From Bacillota bacterium (GTDB lineage Bacteria; Bacillota; Dethiobacteria; SKNC01), in assembly GCA_007121375.1 (NCBI GenBank), contig SKLX01000009.1, positions 1 to 36,703 of the forward strand: DNA of 36,703 nucleotides. Reading direction: 5' to 3'. Positions 1 through 8,110 of the stretch are shown one piece after another (positions within the stretch are counted from its first letter, which is position 1; each line of letters starts with the position of its first letter). A model generated the notes under the pieces. The model ran no database searches and was not told where the DNA came from. It saw only the letters and a program-made list of their open reading frames with translations. The translations under genes were made by a program, and so were the position numbers.

Positions 1-263
1 ATGATCTCCTCCAGGCGGGCGGATGAAGCTTCATCCAGCTGCCGGGGCATGATGCGTGGACTAAACTCAATAATAGTGACTTCTTTATCCAGAGAATGTA
101 TTTCTGAGGCCGCTTCCAATCCCAGAATGCCCCCGCCGATAATCGCAATTTTTTTGCTGTCTCTCAGAGCTTCTTTAATTTTCAGCAAAGTAATTATAAC
201 ATAACTGCCTTTTGCCGTCAAACCTTGCCTCTGGCATATATTCCGGCATATATTCCCGGCATA
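1..263 (-). pseudogene. 5'-truncated fragment of a NirB/rubredoxin-reductase/NADH-oxidase-type FAD/NAD(P) oxidoreductase; its 3' end runs off the window
   Basis: The minus-strand frame is open from 263 to the window edge. It translates to ...GLTAKGSYVIITLLKIKEALRDSKKIAIIGGGILGLEAASEIHSLDKEVTIIEFSPRIMPRQLDEASSARLEEI. This is the central NAD(P)-binding Rossmann segment (GGGxxGxE ... RQLD) of this flavoprotein class. The expected ~110-150 aa FAD-binding N-terminus is missing: there is an in-frame TAA at 264-266 and the upstream gene stops at 279. The only possible start is TTG at 221, preceded by AGAGG. Confidence 0.4.
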
Positions 264-271
264 TTATTTCC
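233..271. repeat. Three tandem copies of a 12-14 bp near-palindromic unit (GGCATATATTCC, GGCATATATTCC, c, GGCATATTATTTCC)
   Basis: Read directly from the sequence. On the minus strand the unit is GGAATATATGCC, in which 5 of 6 positions are self-complementary. The array lies between the transporter stop (279) and the truncated reductase frame. Confidence 0.8.
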
Positions 272-278
272 ATAGTTT

Positions 279-2387
279 TTAAACCAAAACACTTTCCAGC
301 CCCGAATCTGCCACAAAAACCAGGGTATGGTTTGTTTCATTAATTATAGTTATAAGTTGTTTATAGCGAGGAGACATGCCTATAATGGTTAAATCGGAAG
401 GCTCTTCTTTAATGGCCTGGTAAAAATCTCCCACCAACACCTTTATCTCTGTGTTCAGCGGCAGCCGGGCCGCTTCTTTAAATCTTTGCAGGCTCTCCTC
501 TGCCTTTTTAACCTGGGATGAATCCTCCACCGCCCTCATTAAGCAAAGGGAGGCGTTCCAGTTACGACTGAGCTGCAGGGCACTTAAGGTCGCCAGGTTG
601 TAGTTGGGGCTTTTTTCCCTCAGCCACAGGTTTATCCGCTTTTCCTGCCCAAAGCCCTCCTTGGGATGTAAATATAAAAGCATCATCCCTACCTGATAAG
701 TCCTTATACTTTCAATTACCCTTTTAAATCTTCTTTGCTTTTCCGGGTCACTGCTTATGGTAAAAAACAACATATTGGGGGGGAGAAAGGTATTAAGAAG
801 GCTTTGCAGGACTATTTTAAGCTCTACCTCAAAACGGCCCTTTTCTACGACTATTTTCTGGACAAACAACCCCTGGTCTTTCAGGCAGGCCATTACCTCC
901 TCAATCTCTTCCAGTTCCCCCTCCCCTTCTTTGTCCTCTTCTTTTATGGTCAAATAGTACAGCCTCCCTGAAGAATATATTAAATCCCTGATAAAGCGGG
1001 AAACCCTGCGGAAATCCTGGGGACTTTCCACAGGCACCAGGACGGATGGTTTCCAGAGGCGGGGATGATAATCCATGGTCATGGCCTTTTGGGCAGCCCA
1101 TTCTGCCAGGGCAATAAAAACACCCCCCCTGACATCTCCCCAGGGAGAAACCAGATGCTTTCGGCTTAACATATAGTAAATACCTATTATTACCAGGAAG
1201 GTAACCAGGGTAAAATATTTATTAATAAGAAGCATGGCCGATACACAACCTATCACCCCTACTATTGGCACCACCAGGGAGAGGGAAAAGCGGGGGCGGA
1301 AACTGATAATCCCTATGGTCTGCTCTACTAGAACAACCAGGTTAATAACTCCGTAAGTAGTTAAAAAAAACAGGGTTAAAAGTTGAGCAATGCTGTCCAG
1401 GGTTCCCAGTAGGAGAACGGCCAGGGATAGGAAGGAGGATATTACCACCGCCCGCCGGGGTTCCCCCCGGGCTGACTTCCTGGCCAAAAAAGAAGCCAGG
1501 GGAATAACCCGGTTTTCTGCCAGAGCAGCCAGAATGCGAGGGGCTCCAACCAGGGTTGAAAGGGCGGAGGACAGGGTAGCTCCCAGGATACCTGCTGCCA
1601 CCAGAGGACTGTAAAGGGCCAAGTCTAAAATGGCCATGGTATTGGTTAAAAGCATTTCCTCGGAAGCCTGCCGGGCAAACCAGAAGGCCAGGAGAATATA
1701 AACTGCCAGGCCCACCGTCACTGCTGCCAGGGTTCCTTTAATAATACTTCTACCCGGGTCTTTTAGTTCCCCTGACATGTTGGCCCCGGCCAGAACCCCC
1801 GTTACGGCAGGGAAAAATATGGCAAAAGTTCCCCAAAAGTTTTCTTCCAGGAAACTTCCCATCCATAAAGGCTCCCCAGGGTTTAAAGATTCTCCCCCTA
1901 AGAAAGAAAATATAGAAAGGGCTACTACCAGAAGTACCAGGTATTGAAGGCGAAAGGAAAGGCGAGCACTTGCTATGGAAAGGAGGGTTAAAGCCAGCCA
2001 GGTTAAAAATCCTACCAGAGGTACTGGATGGTGGGGGAAAAAGGTTGTCCAAAGTTCGGTAAAACCCACAATATAAAAGGAAACAGCAAAAGCCTGGGAA
2101 AAATAAAGGGGAATCCCCACTGCTCCCCCTGCTTCCAGGCCAAAAGAACGGGTAATAATGGCATAGGCTCCCCCTGCCTTTATTTTAATATTCGTCAGCA
2201 TGGAAGACATGGATAGGATGGTGCTAAATGTAATTATATGGGCTACACCTATAATAGCCAGGGTCCCCACAAAACCTGCATTGCCTACTATCCAGCCCAG
2301 GCGCAGGTACATAATAACACCTAAAATGGTTAACAGGGTAGGGGTAAAGACCCCTTCCAAAGTCCCTAAGCCTTGTTTTTCCTTCAT
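279..2387 (-). CDS. Cation:chloride cotransporter (SLC12/CCC family, APC superfamily) with a cytoplasmic C-terminal regulatory domain
   Basis: 702 aa. The N-terminus GTLEGVFTPTLLTILGVIMYLRLGWIVGNAG is the CCC-family signature. There are about 12 hydrophobic segments over ~440 aa, followed by a ~250 aa soluble C-terminal domain. RBS AAGGGAG lies upstream of the ATG. Confidence 0.85.
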   Translation of the reverse strand: MKEKQGLGTLEGVFTPTLLTILGVIMYLRLGWIVGNAGFVGTLAIIGVAHIITFSTILSMSSMLTNIKIKAGGAYAIITRSFGLEAGGAVGIPLYFSQAFAVSFYIVGFTELWTTFFPHHPVPLVGFLTWLALTLLSIASARLSFRLQYLVLLVVALSIFSFLGGESLNPGEPLWMGSFLEENFWGTFAIFFPAVTGVLAGANMSGELKDPGRSIIKGTLAAVTVGLAVYILLAFWFARQASEEMLLTNTMAILDLALYSPLVAAGILGATLSSALSTLVGAPRILAALAENRVIPLASFLARKSARGEPRRAVVISSFLSLAVLLLGTLDSIAQLLTLFFLTTYGVINLVVLVEQTIGIISFRPRFSLSLVVPIVGVIGCVSAMLLINKYFTLVTFLVIIGIYYMLSRKHLVSPWGDVRGGVFIALAEWAAQKAMTMDYHPRLWKPSVLVPVESPQDFRRVSRFIRDLIYSSGRLYYLTIKEEDKEGEGELEEIEEVMACLKDQGLFVQKIVVEKGRFEVELKIVLQSLLNTFLPPNMLFFTISSDPEKQRRFKRVIESIRTYQVGMMLLYLHPKEGFGQEKRINLWLREKSPNYNLATLSALQLSRNWNASLCLMRAVEDSSQVKKAEESLQRFKEAARLPLNTEIKVLVGDFYQAIKEEPSDLTIIGMSPRYKQLITIINETNHTLVFVADSGLESVLV

Positions 2388-2450
2388 GGTTTAACTCCCT
2401 TATCCTGTCAGGTCTATCTTATAAACGCCTTTTTATCTCATTTTATACCC

Positions 2451-2459
2451 ATTATAACA
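2451..2459 (-). promoter_or_regulatory. Extended -10 promoter element (TGtTATAAT) for the CCC transporter gene
   Basis: The minus strand reads cTGTTATAATggg about 60 nt upstream of the ATG. No good -35 hexamer is present. Confidence 0.35.
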
Positions 2460-2478
2460 GAAATATAAAGAAGAAAGT

Positions 2479-2512
2479 AGAATTATCTACCGTACAGAAT
2501 TATCTGCTGTAC
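2479..2512. repeat. Two tandem 17-bp direct repeats (AGAATTATCTACCGTAC / AGAATTATCTGCTGTAC) with an embedded inverted repeat GTACAG-N9-CTGTAC
   Basis: 15 of 17 positions are identical. The repeats lie immediately upstream of the extended -10 element of the transporter gene, covering roughly -35 to -70, and just downstream of the helicase terminator. Confidence 0.8.
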
Positions 2513-2514
2513 TC

Positions 2515-2550
2515 ATAAAAAGCAGGTGGAGGTTTGTTACCTCCCCTGCT
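2515..2550 (-). terminator. Rho-independent terminator after the DEAD-box helicase gene
   Basis: An 11-bp GC-rich stem (AGCAGGtGGAGG / CCTCCCCTGCT, one bulge) with a 7-nt loop. It is followed on the minus strand by TTTTAT and begins 6 nt after the stop codon. Confidence 0.6.
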
Positions 2551-2556
2551 TCTTTT

Positions 2557-3984
2557 CTATTTCCAACCCTTTTTACTTTTCCTTTTATCTCCCCTGCCTC
2601 CCTTAAATTTCGTTTCCTTCCAGGAAGGTTTTCCTTTGCCTCCCTTGAAGCCCCTTGATTTTTTCTGCCAGAGGGGGGCTTCCTCCGTCAATTTTACTGG
2701 TGTAGTATCCGGTTCTTTGGTAAGAATTTTTAAAGCTGCAGATAAGAGGGTAATGGAATCCTTTTCTTCCAGCATGCTCTCTGCCAGTTTTTTGTAGGGA
2801 TAAATATCTTCCTCTTCAATTACCTTCATCAATCTATCAACCGCCAGCTGTTGTTGACCCTCCAGGGCCTGATCGAAGGTTGGGACCGACAGGCGCAGAA
2901 TTTTCCTTTTGGTGGATTGTTCAATCAGTTTTAACTGGTTCATTTCCCGGGGATTAGCAAAGGTAATGGCTACACCTGCTTTTCCCAGACGTCCTGTCCG
3001 GCCAATCCGGTGGACATAACTGTCGGGATCCTGGGGAATATCAAAATTAAATATGTGGGTTATGTCACTGATATCCAGTCCCCGGGCCGCCACATCGGTA
3101 GCCACCAGAATTTCTGTAACCCCTGTCTTAAAGTTTCTCATAACGCTGTCCCTCTTGCCCTGGGTCAGGTCCCCATGAATGCCTTCGGCACAGTAGCCCC
3201 TCTTGGTTAAGGCTTCGTTAAGCTCGTCCACTCTCCTCTTGGTTCTGCCAAAAATAATAGCAAGTTCTGGTGATTGAGAGTCCAGTATTCTGCAAAGGAC
3301 ATCAAATTTTTGCTTTTCATGAACTTCCACATAATACTGTTCTACGTTGGGAACGGTAACTTCCCTGGATTTAATTTGTATAAACTCCGGGTCTTTCATA
3401 AACTGCCGGGACAGATCCTGAACCGGCTTGGGCATGGTAGCCGAAAAAAGCAAAGTCTGCCGTTCCCGGGGAACTTCCTTTAAAATGGTTTCGATATCCT
3501 CTATAAAACCCATGTTTAGCATTTCATCCGCTTCATCTAAAACCACTATTTCTATCTGTTGAAGCCTTATAGTTCTTCTCCTCATGTGATCCATTAAACG
3601 CCCCGGTGTCCCCACAATTATTTGTGGTCTCTTTTTAAGGGCACGGATTTGTCGGTTAATATCCTGCCCTCCGTATATGGGTAATGCCCGAATACCTTTG
3701 ATGTTTCCGATGGCATTAATTTCTTCAGCTACCTGAACCGCCAGTTCCCGGGTAGGGGTAATTACCAGGGCTTTAACACCTTCATCTCTGCTTATTTTTT
3801 CAATCATGGGAATTCCAAAGGCTGCTGTTTTGCCTGTTCCTGTTTGAGCTTGACCTATAATATCACGCCCCGCCATAACCAGGGGTATGGCCTGGTCCTG
3901 GATGGGTGTAACATCTTCAAAGCCCATATTGGATACAGCCTGTATAACCGGCTGACTTAATCCTAACTTATTAAAAACTTCCAT
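2557..3984 (-). CDS. cshA: DEAD-box ATP-dependent RNA helicase (CshA/DeaD type) with a basic G/K-rich C-terminal tail
   Basis: 475 aa. Motifs seen: Q-motif region, AQTGTGKT (I), PTRELA (Ia), DEAD (II), SAT (III), HRIGRTGR (VI). The tail is [12 protein letters not shown]...[24 protein letters not shown]. Confidence 0.9.
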   Translation of the reverse strand: MEVFNKLGLSQPVIQAVSNMGFEDVTPIQDQAIPLVMAGRDIIGQAQTGTGKTAAFGIPMIEKISRDEGVKALVITPTRELAVQVAEEINAIGNIKGIRALPIYGGQDINRQIRALKKRPQIIVGTPGRLMDHMRRRTIRLQQIEIVVLDEADEMLNMGFIEDIETILKEVPRERQTLLFSATMPKPVQDLSRQFMKDPEFIQIKSREVTVPNVEQYYVEVHEKQKFDVLCRILDSQSPELAIIFGRTKRRVDELNEALTKRGYCAEGIHGDLTQGKRDSVMRNFKTGVTEILVATDVAARGLDISDITHIFNFDIPQDPDSYVHRIGRTGRLGKAGVAITFANPREMNQLKLIEQSTKRKILRLSVPTFDQALEGQQQLAVDRLMKVIEEEDIYPYKKLAESMLEEKDSITLLSAALKILTKEPDTTPVKLTEEAPLWQKKSRGFKGGKGKPSWKETKFKGGRGDKRKSKKGWK

Positions 3985-4044
3985 TTTAATCTAATTTCCT
4001 CCTTATCTTATTAACATTTTTATTTTTCAAAAGTTCTTCGATGA

Positions 4045-4077
4045 CAAAATAAAAGCATTTCCGGTTAACGGAAATGC
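4045..4077 (-). terminator. Rho-independent terminator after the cold-shock gene
   Basis: A perfect 9-bp stem GCATTTCCG / CGGAAATGC with a 5-nt loop, followed on the minus strand by TTTTATTTTG. Confidence 0.75.
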
Positions 4078-4101
4078 CTTTATTAACAGTTCTTTTCCTC
4101 T

Positions 4102-4299
4102 TTAGAGGCGAGAAACATTAGCCGCCTGCGGACCCCTGTTACCTTCCACGATATCAAATTCTACCTCTTGCCCTTCATCTAAGGTCCTGAAACCATCACC
4201 CTGGATGGCTGAAAAATGGACAAAAACGTCTCCGCCTTCTTCCCTTTCAATAAAACCATAACCTTTTTCTGCATTAAACCATTTTACTTTACCTATCAT
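4102..4299 (-). CDS. csp: Cold-shock protein (CspA family, single CSD)
   Basis: 65 aa, [18 protein letters not shown]...VFVHFSAI, carrying the RNP1 (KGYGFI) and RNP2 (VFVHF) motifs. RBS AAGGAGG. Confidence 0.95.
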   Translation of the reverse strand: MIGKVKWFNAEKGYGFIEREEGGDVFVHFSAIQGDGFRTLDEGQEVEFDIVEGNRGPQAANVSRL

Positions 4300-4445
4300 C
4301 TTGTAGGCCTCCTTAAATTTTTTAGTCCAAAAAGCGGAATAACATCAAGCACCTTACCCCATGCATCTTTCACCCTGCAAAAAAAAGCTTACTTCAGAGG
4401 CCTAAAGATGGTTAATTTCTTCACTACTTTTCAAAACCTTATGCT

Positions 4446-4474
4446 AGGTTATCATATAAGCTTACCGATTGCAA
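4446..4474 (-). promoter_or_regulatory. Candidate sigmaA promoter for csp (-35 TTGCAA, 17-nt spacer, TGa-TAACCT extended -10), implying a ~150-nt 5' UTR
   Basis: Hexamers read from the sequence. The -10 is weak (3 of 6 positions, though T1, A2 and T6 are kept). Other placements are possible. Confidence 0.3.
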
Positions 4475-4528
4475 GAACTATTTCCGGCTGTTTACAGCTA
4501 TTGGTGCTTCCTCTTCCGGTTACCGGCT

Positions 4529-5599
4529 CTACCATTCCTTCTTGAAAAAATTTGCTTCCTTCCAGTAAGGCTCCACCAGTTTTTCCAGCTCCTCTATTTC
4601 CCCAAGGGAATAGGGTTCAAATTCTCTGGCAGCTCGGGCATTTTCCTCCAGCTCCTCCATGTTGGATATTCCAACAACAGCTGTGGTTACGGGAAAGGTT
4701 AAAACATAGCCCAAAGCCTGCTCCATGGAGGTGATACCCCCCCCTTGAAATATTCTGCCATAAGCCGCTACCTTCATGGCTATTATCCCCATATCCTTTT
4801 CCCTTGCTTTGCGTAACAGTTCCTCCTGAAAAGGCTGGTAATATCTATCCCCTGCATTGAGGGACATTAACAGGCAGTCAAAGTCATATTCCTCGATAGC
4901 CCTTAAAAGGATCTGGGGTTCCTTATGACCAGTAATCCCGATGTTTTTAACAACCCCTTCCCTTCTTAATTCCTCCAGTACCCGGAGAGCACCAGAGGGT
5001 GCCAAGGCCTGCTCCCATTCTGCCCGGGAATGAACTCCATGGAGCTGATACAGGTCCAGGTAATCTGTTTGCAACCTCTCCAGGCTTCTTTCAAACAATC
5101 TCCTGGTGCCTTCCCCGGTACGGTCCAGGGTTTTGCTGGCCAGGAAGGCTTCCTTACGGCGGTGGGCCATCACCCCACCCAGGTTTGATTCACTATTCCC
5201 GTAAGTGGGGGCAGTATCTATATAGTTTATCCCCAGGTCCAGGGCATGATTTACTAATTCTTCCGCCTCCTGCTTTTTATCTTCCCGGGACAGGGTAAAA
5301 GCCCCTCCCAGCCCCAAAATACTTACTTTGTCTCCCGTCTTGCCCAGGATACGACGGGGAATACCTTCCTTTTCTTCAAATTTTTCTTTTTCTGCTACAG
5401 GGTCCCTTTCCTTGGGTCCGGGTTCAACCTCAGGTTCAGGTTTTTCATAACTTTCCCGGGCCTTTTTTTCCTCCCTGGAGGAAGTTAAACTCTCCTCCCC
5501 TTTTTCTTCCCTTAATAAGCGGCTGCACCCCAGAAGCCCCAGGCCTGCTCCCGTCAGAGTCATCTGGAGAAATTTTCGTCTGGTTATACCCCTTTTCAT
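4529..5599 (-). CDS. Aldo/keto reductase with an N-terminal twin-arginine (Tat) signal, a lipobox and an E/K/P-rich linker
   Basis: The protein begins MKRGITRRKFLQMTLTGAGLGLLGC, giving an RRxFL Tat motif and an LLGC lipobox. A ~55 aa low-complexity linker follows, then an AKR core with the D (YIDTA), Y (PTYG), K (LASK), H (LYQLHG) tetrad. I chose the ATG at 5599 (GGAG upstream). The track ORF starts at a TTG at 5611. Confidence 0.8.
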   Translation of the reverse strand: MKRGITRRKFLQMTLTGAGLGLLGCSRLLREEKGEESLTSSREEKKARESYEKPEPEVEPGPKERDPVAEKEKFEEKEGIPRRILGKTGDKVSILGLGGAFTLSREDKKQEAEELVNHALDLGINYIDTAPTYGNSESNLGGVMAHRRKEAFLASKTLDRTGEGTRRLFERSLERLQTDYLDLYQLHGVHSRAEWEQALAPSGALRVLEELRREGVVKNIGITGHKEPQILLRAIEEYDFDCLLMSLNAGDRYYQPFQEELLRKAREKDMGIIAMKVAAYGRIFQGGGITSMEQALGYVLTFPVTTAVVGISNMEELEENARAAREFEPYSLGEIEELEKLVEPYWKEANFFKKEW

Positions 5600-5619
5600 A
5601 AGCCACTCCAATCCTTTGT

Positions 5620-7344
5620 TTACTTTTTCTTAAGGATTTTTTTTAATTCTTTCCAAGAAAGGGTGTTAAGCACATCTTCCCTTTCCAGCCACCCCCGGCG
5701 GGCCTGATCAATACCATACTTCATATTTGTTAGCCCGCCTGTACTGTGAGCATCACTGCCCAGGCTAATTTTAACCCCCAAATCCTTAGCCATTCTACAA
5801 TGAGTATCCTTTAAATCCAGCCGGCTGGGATATCCATTAAGTTCCATAAAAACCCCTGCCCCTTTCGCTTCTGTCATAACTTTTTCCAGGTCCACCGGGT
5901 AACCCCTTCGCTTATTAATCTCCCGGCCGGTAGGGTGGGCTATAATATTTACATGGGGGTTTTCCACAGCTTTAAGTATGCGATTAGTCATTGCTTCCCG
6001 GGACATATTCCGATTATAGTGGACAGAAGCCACCACCAGGTCGCATTTTTCCAGCACCTCCCCCTCCAGGTCCAGGGATCCATCATAGAGTATATCCACT
6101 TCAATGCCCGCCAGGACCCGGAAACCCTCCAGAGTACTATTTAACTCTTTAATTTCTTCAATCTGTTCCAGTAAACCCTTTTCATCCAGTCCGTTAACCA
6201 TCCTTACCCGTTTGGAATGCTCCGTTACCGCCATGTAGCTGTATCCCTGTTTCCGGGCCGCCTCTACCATTTCCTTTATGGTATTACGTCCATCGGTGCG
6301 TGTGGAGTGGGTGTGGAGATCTCCCTGAATGTCTTTCCAGGTTATTAAGGAAGGAAGACTATTTTCTCGAGCGGCCTTTATTTCTCCCTGGTTTTCACGC
6401 AGTTGTGGAGGAATCCAGGGCATATCCAGCTTTTGGTAAACCCCTTCCTCCGTCTCCCCTGCCACCTGGGTTTCCCCCTCAAAGACACCATATTCACTGA
6501 TTTTATAGCCTCGTTCCAGGGCAAGCTTCCTAACTTCTATATTGTGGGCCTTGGAACCGGTAAAATAAAGGAGGGCTGCTCCAAAACTTTCCTTTTCCAC
6601 AGCACGAAGATCTACCTGGATTCCGGATTTTAACCTCACCGAAGATTTTGTTTCCCCTTTTGAAATAATCTCCGTTATGTCCTCGTAACCCACAAAATGT
6701 TCCATTACTCTATTATTATCCTTTCCTGCCAGGGAAACCAGGATATCTAAATCACCCACTGTTTCCTTCCGACGGCGATAGCTTCCAGCGACCTCTATCT
6801 GACCTATACCCTCACTTTTTTGTAAATAACTATAAAAAGCCTCTGCAACTTCCTCCGCTTCTTTCAAAAGGGTTCTTTTTTCTTCACCCATCTCCTGGAG
6901 TTCAGTCAGAATTTTTTCTTCTGTCTTTTTCCCAAATCCCTCAATCTCCCGGATTTTCTTCTTTTGTGCCGCTTCTTTAAGGTCCTTCAAATTATTTATC
7001 CCCAGGGCATCATAAAGCTTTTTTACCCTCCTGGGGCCCAGGCTGGCAACCTCCAGCATCCTTACCATTTCGGGATTGAGTTCCCTTTTTAATTCTTCCA
7101 GTTGTTCCAGGGTGCCCGTGTTGACTATTTCCTCAATTTTCCCCGCCAGATCTTCTCCTATTCCCTCCAGCCTGGTTAAATCTTCTCCCTCCCTCACCAT
7201 TTCCTCAACATTTTTTGATAATTGTCCCAGGGTCCGGGCAGCATTTCGATAGGCCCGGACGCGAAATTCATTGGCCCCTTTAATATCTAAAAGATCTGCC
7301 ATATCTTTTAAAATTTTTTTGATATCAGAATTATGAACGGGCAT
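5620..7344 (-). CDS. polX: Family X DNA polymerase with a C-terminal PHP (3'-5' exonuclease/phosphoesterase) domain
   Basis: 574 aa. The N-terminal HhH/8-kDa region reads LLDIKGANEFRVRAYRNAARTL. The Pol-beta palm carries GSYRRRKETVGDLDILV. The PHP domain carries DLHTHSTRTDG...HP...GSDAHS. RBS GGAGG. Confidence 0.9.
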   Translation of the reverse strand: MPVHNSDIKKILKDMADLLDIKGANEFRVRAYRNAARTLGQLSKNVEEMVREGEDLTRLEGIGEDLAGKIEEIVNTGTLEQLEELKRELNPEMVRMLEVASLGPRRVKKLYDALGINNLKDLKEAAQKKKIREIEGFGKKTEEKILTELQEMGEEKRTLLKEAEEVAEAFYSYLQKSEGIGQIEVAGSYRRRKETVGDLDILVSLAGKDNNRVMEHFVGYEDITEIISKGETKSSVRLKSGIQVDLRAVEKESFGAALLYFTGSKAHNIEVRKLALERGYKISEYGVFEGETQVAGETEEGVYQKLDMPWIPPQLRENQGEIKAARENSLPSLITWKDIQGDLHTHSTRTDGRNTIKEMVEAARKQGYSYMAVTEHSKRVRMVNGLDEKGLLEQIEEIKELNSTLEGFRVLAGIEVDILYDGSLDLEGEVLEKCDLVVASVHYNRNMSREAMTNRILKAVENPHVNIIAHPTGREINKRRGYPVDLEKVMTEAKGAGVFMELNGYPSRLDLKDTHCRMAKDLGVKISLGSDAHSTGGLTNMKYGIDQARRGWLEREDVLNTLSWKELKKILKKK

Positions 7345-7390
7345 CCTAACCGCCTCCTGCTTTTAATCTCACCAGGTATTATGTAAAAAC

Positions 7391-7434
7391 CAATAAATAA
7401 AAGCGCGGCCATGAAAAAAACTCCAGGCCCGCGC
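7391..7434 (-). terminator. Rho-independent terminator after tRNA-Ser(CGA)
   Basis: A GC stem GCGCGGCC / GGCCCGCGC (8 bp, one bulge) with a 15-nt loop, followed on the minus strand by TTTTATTTATT. Confidence 0.6.
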
Positions 7435-7442
7435 CATAATTT

Positions 7443-7536
<94 letters not shown>

Positions 7537-7590
7537 TTATTTATGCTATCATTTATTATTACTTTTCCATACTTTTACTTCTAAGCACTT

Positions 7591-8040
7591 TTACTTTCTA
7601 AGCTTTTGAAAAAATTCCTGCATGATCCTTCGGCAGTCCTGCTCCATAATGCCCTCCACCACTTCTATCTGGTGATTAAATCTGTCATCCTGGACCAGGT
7701 TGTAGAGGGAGCCACATACCCCTGCCTTAGAGTCCCGAACCCCGAAAACCAGCCTCTTAACCCGGGCCTGGATCAGGGCCCCGGCACACATGGGACAGGG
7801 CTCCACCGTTACATAGAGGGTTGTGCCCGTAAGCCTCCAGCTATTTAAAGCCCTACTTCCTTCTTGAAGGGCAATAATTTCCGCATGGGCTGTAGGATCC
7901 CTTTTTCCTTCCCTCAGGTTATGACCCCGGCCCAGGATCCTTTCCTCCTTTACCAGGACTGCTCCTATGGGGACTTCCCCCTTCTCCAGAGCAGCTTGTG
8001 CTTCTTTCAAAGCTTCTTTCATGAAGGCTTCATGGGACAT
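7591..8040 (-). CDS. tadA: tRNA-specific adenosine-34 deaminase
   Basis: The CDA zinc motifs HAE and PCPMCAGA are present, and the length is typical (~149 aa). The ATG at 8040 has GAGG 7 nt upstream. The track ORF start (TTG at 8076) falls at the predicted transcription start, so I rejected it. Confidence 0.9.
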   Translation of the reverse strand: MSHEAFMKEALKEAQAALEKGEVPIGAVLVKEERILGRGHNLREGKRDPTAHAEIIALQEGSRALNSWRLTGTTLYVTVEPCPMCAGALIQARVKRLVFGVRDSKAGVCGSLYNLVQDDRFNHQIEVVEGIMEQDCRRIMQEFFQKLRK

Positions 8041-8081
8041 TCTTTTACCTCGGTATTTATATTCTAAATTTAGCAACTTTC

Positions 8082-8110
8082 ATTATAACACATATGCTAA
8101 TAAAAGTTAA
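8082..8110 (-). promoter_or_regulatory. Candidate sigmaA promoter for tadA (-35 TTAACT, 17-nt spacer, TGt-TATAAT)
   Basis: A consensus -10 with a TG extension. The -35 overlaps the helicase stop codon. Confidence 0.4.

Noticed and set aside
1-204. Plus-strand ORF of 67 aa at the window start
   Set aside because: It is low-complexity S/R/I-rich and has no SD. It is exactly antisense to a frame with clear flavoprotein Rossmann-fold homology, so it is a shadow ORF.
233-2512. The short tandem repeats (233-271 and 2479-2512) as CRISPR arrays or IS termini
   Set aside because: They have only 2-3 abutting copies with no spacers, the units are 12-17 bp, and no cas or transposase genes are nearby. 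I kept them as repeats and possible operators only.
4300-4400. A small [17 protein letters not shown] (14 aa), in the csp leader as a leader peptide
   Set aside because: It is very short and has only a marginal SD (GGGTG, 4-nt spacing). I have no way to test conservation, so it is not supportable from the sequence alone.
7537-7590. An SRP (scr/4.5S) RNA downstream of tadA, as in B. subtilis
   Set aside because: Only 54 nt of AT-rich spacer lie there, followed by a tRNA-Ser. No SRP domain IV motif is present.
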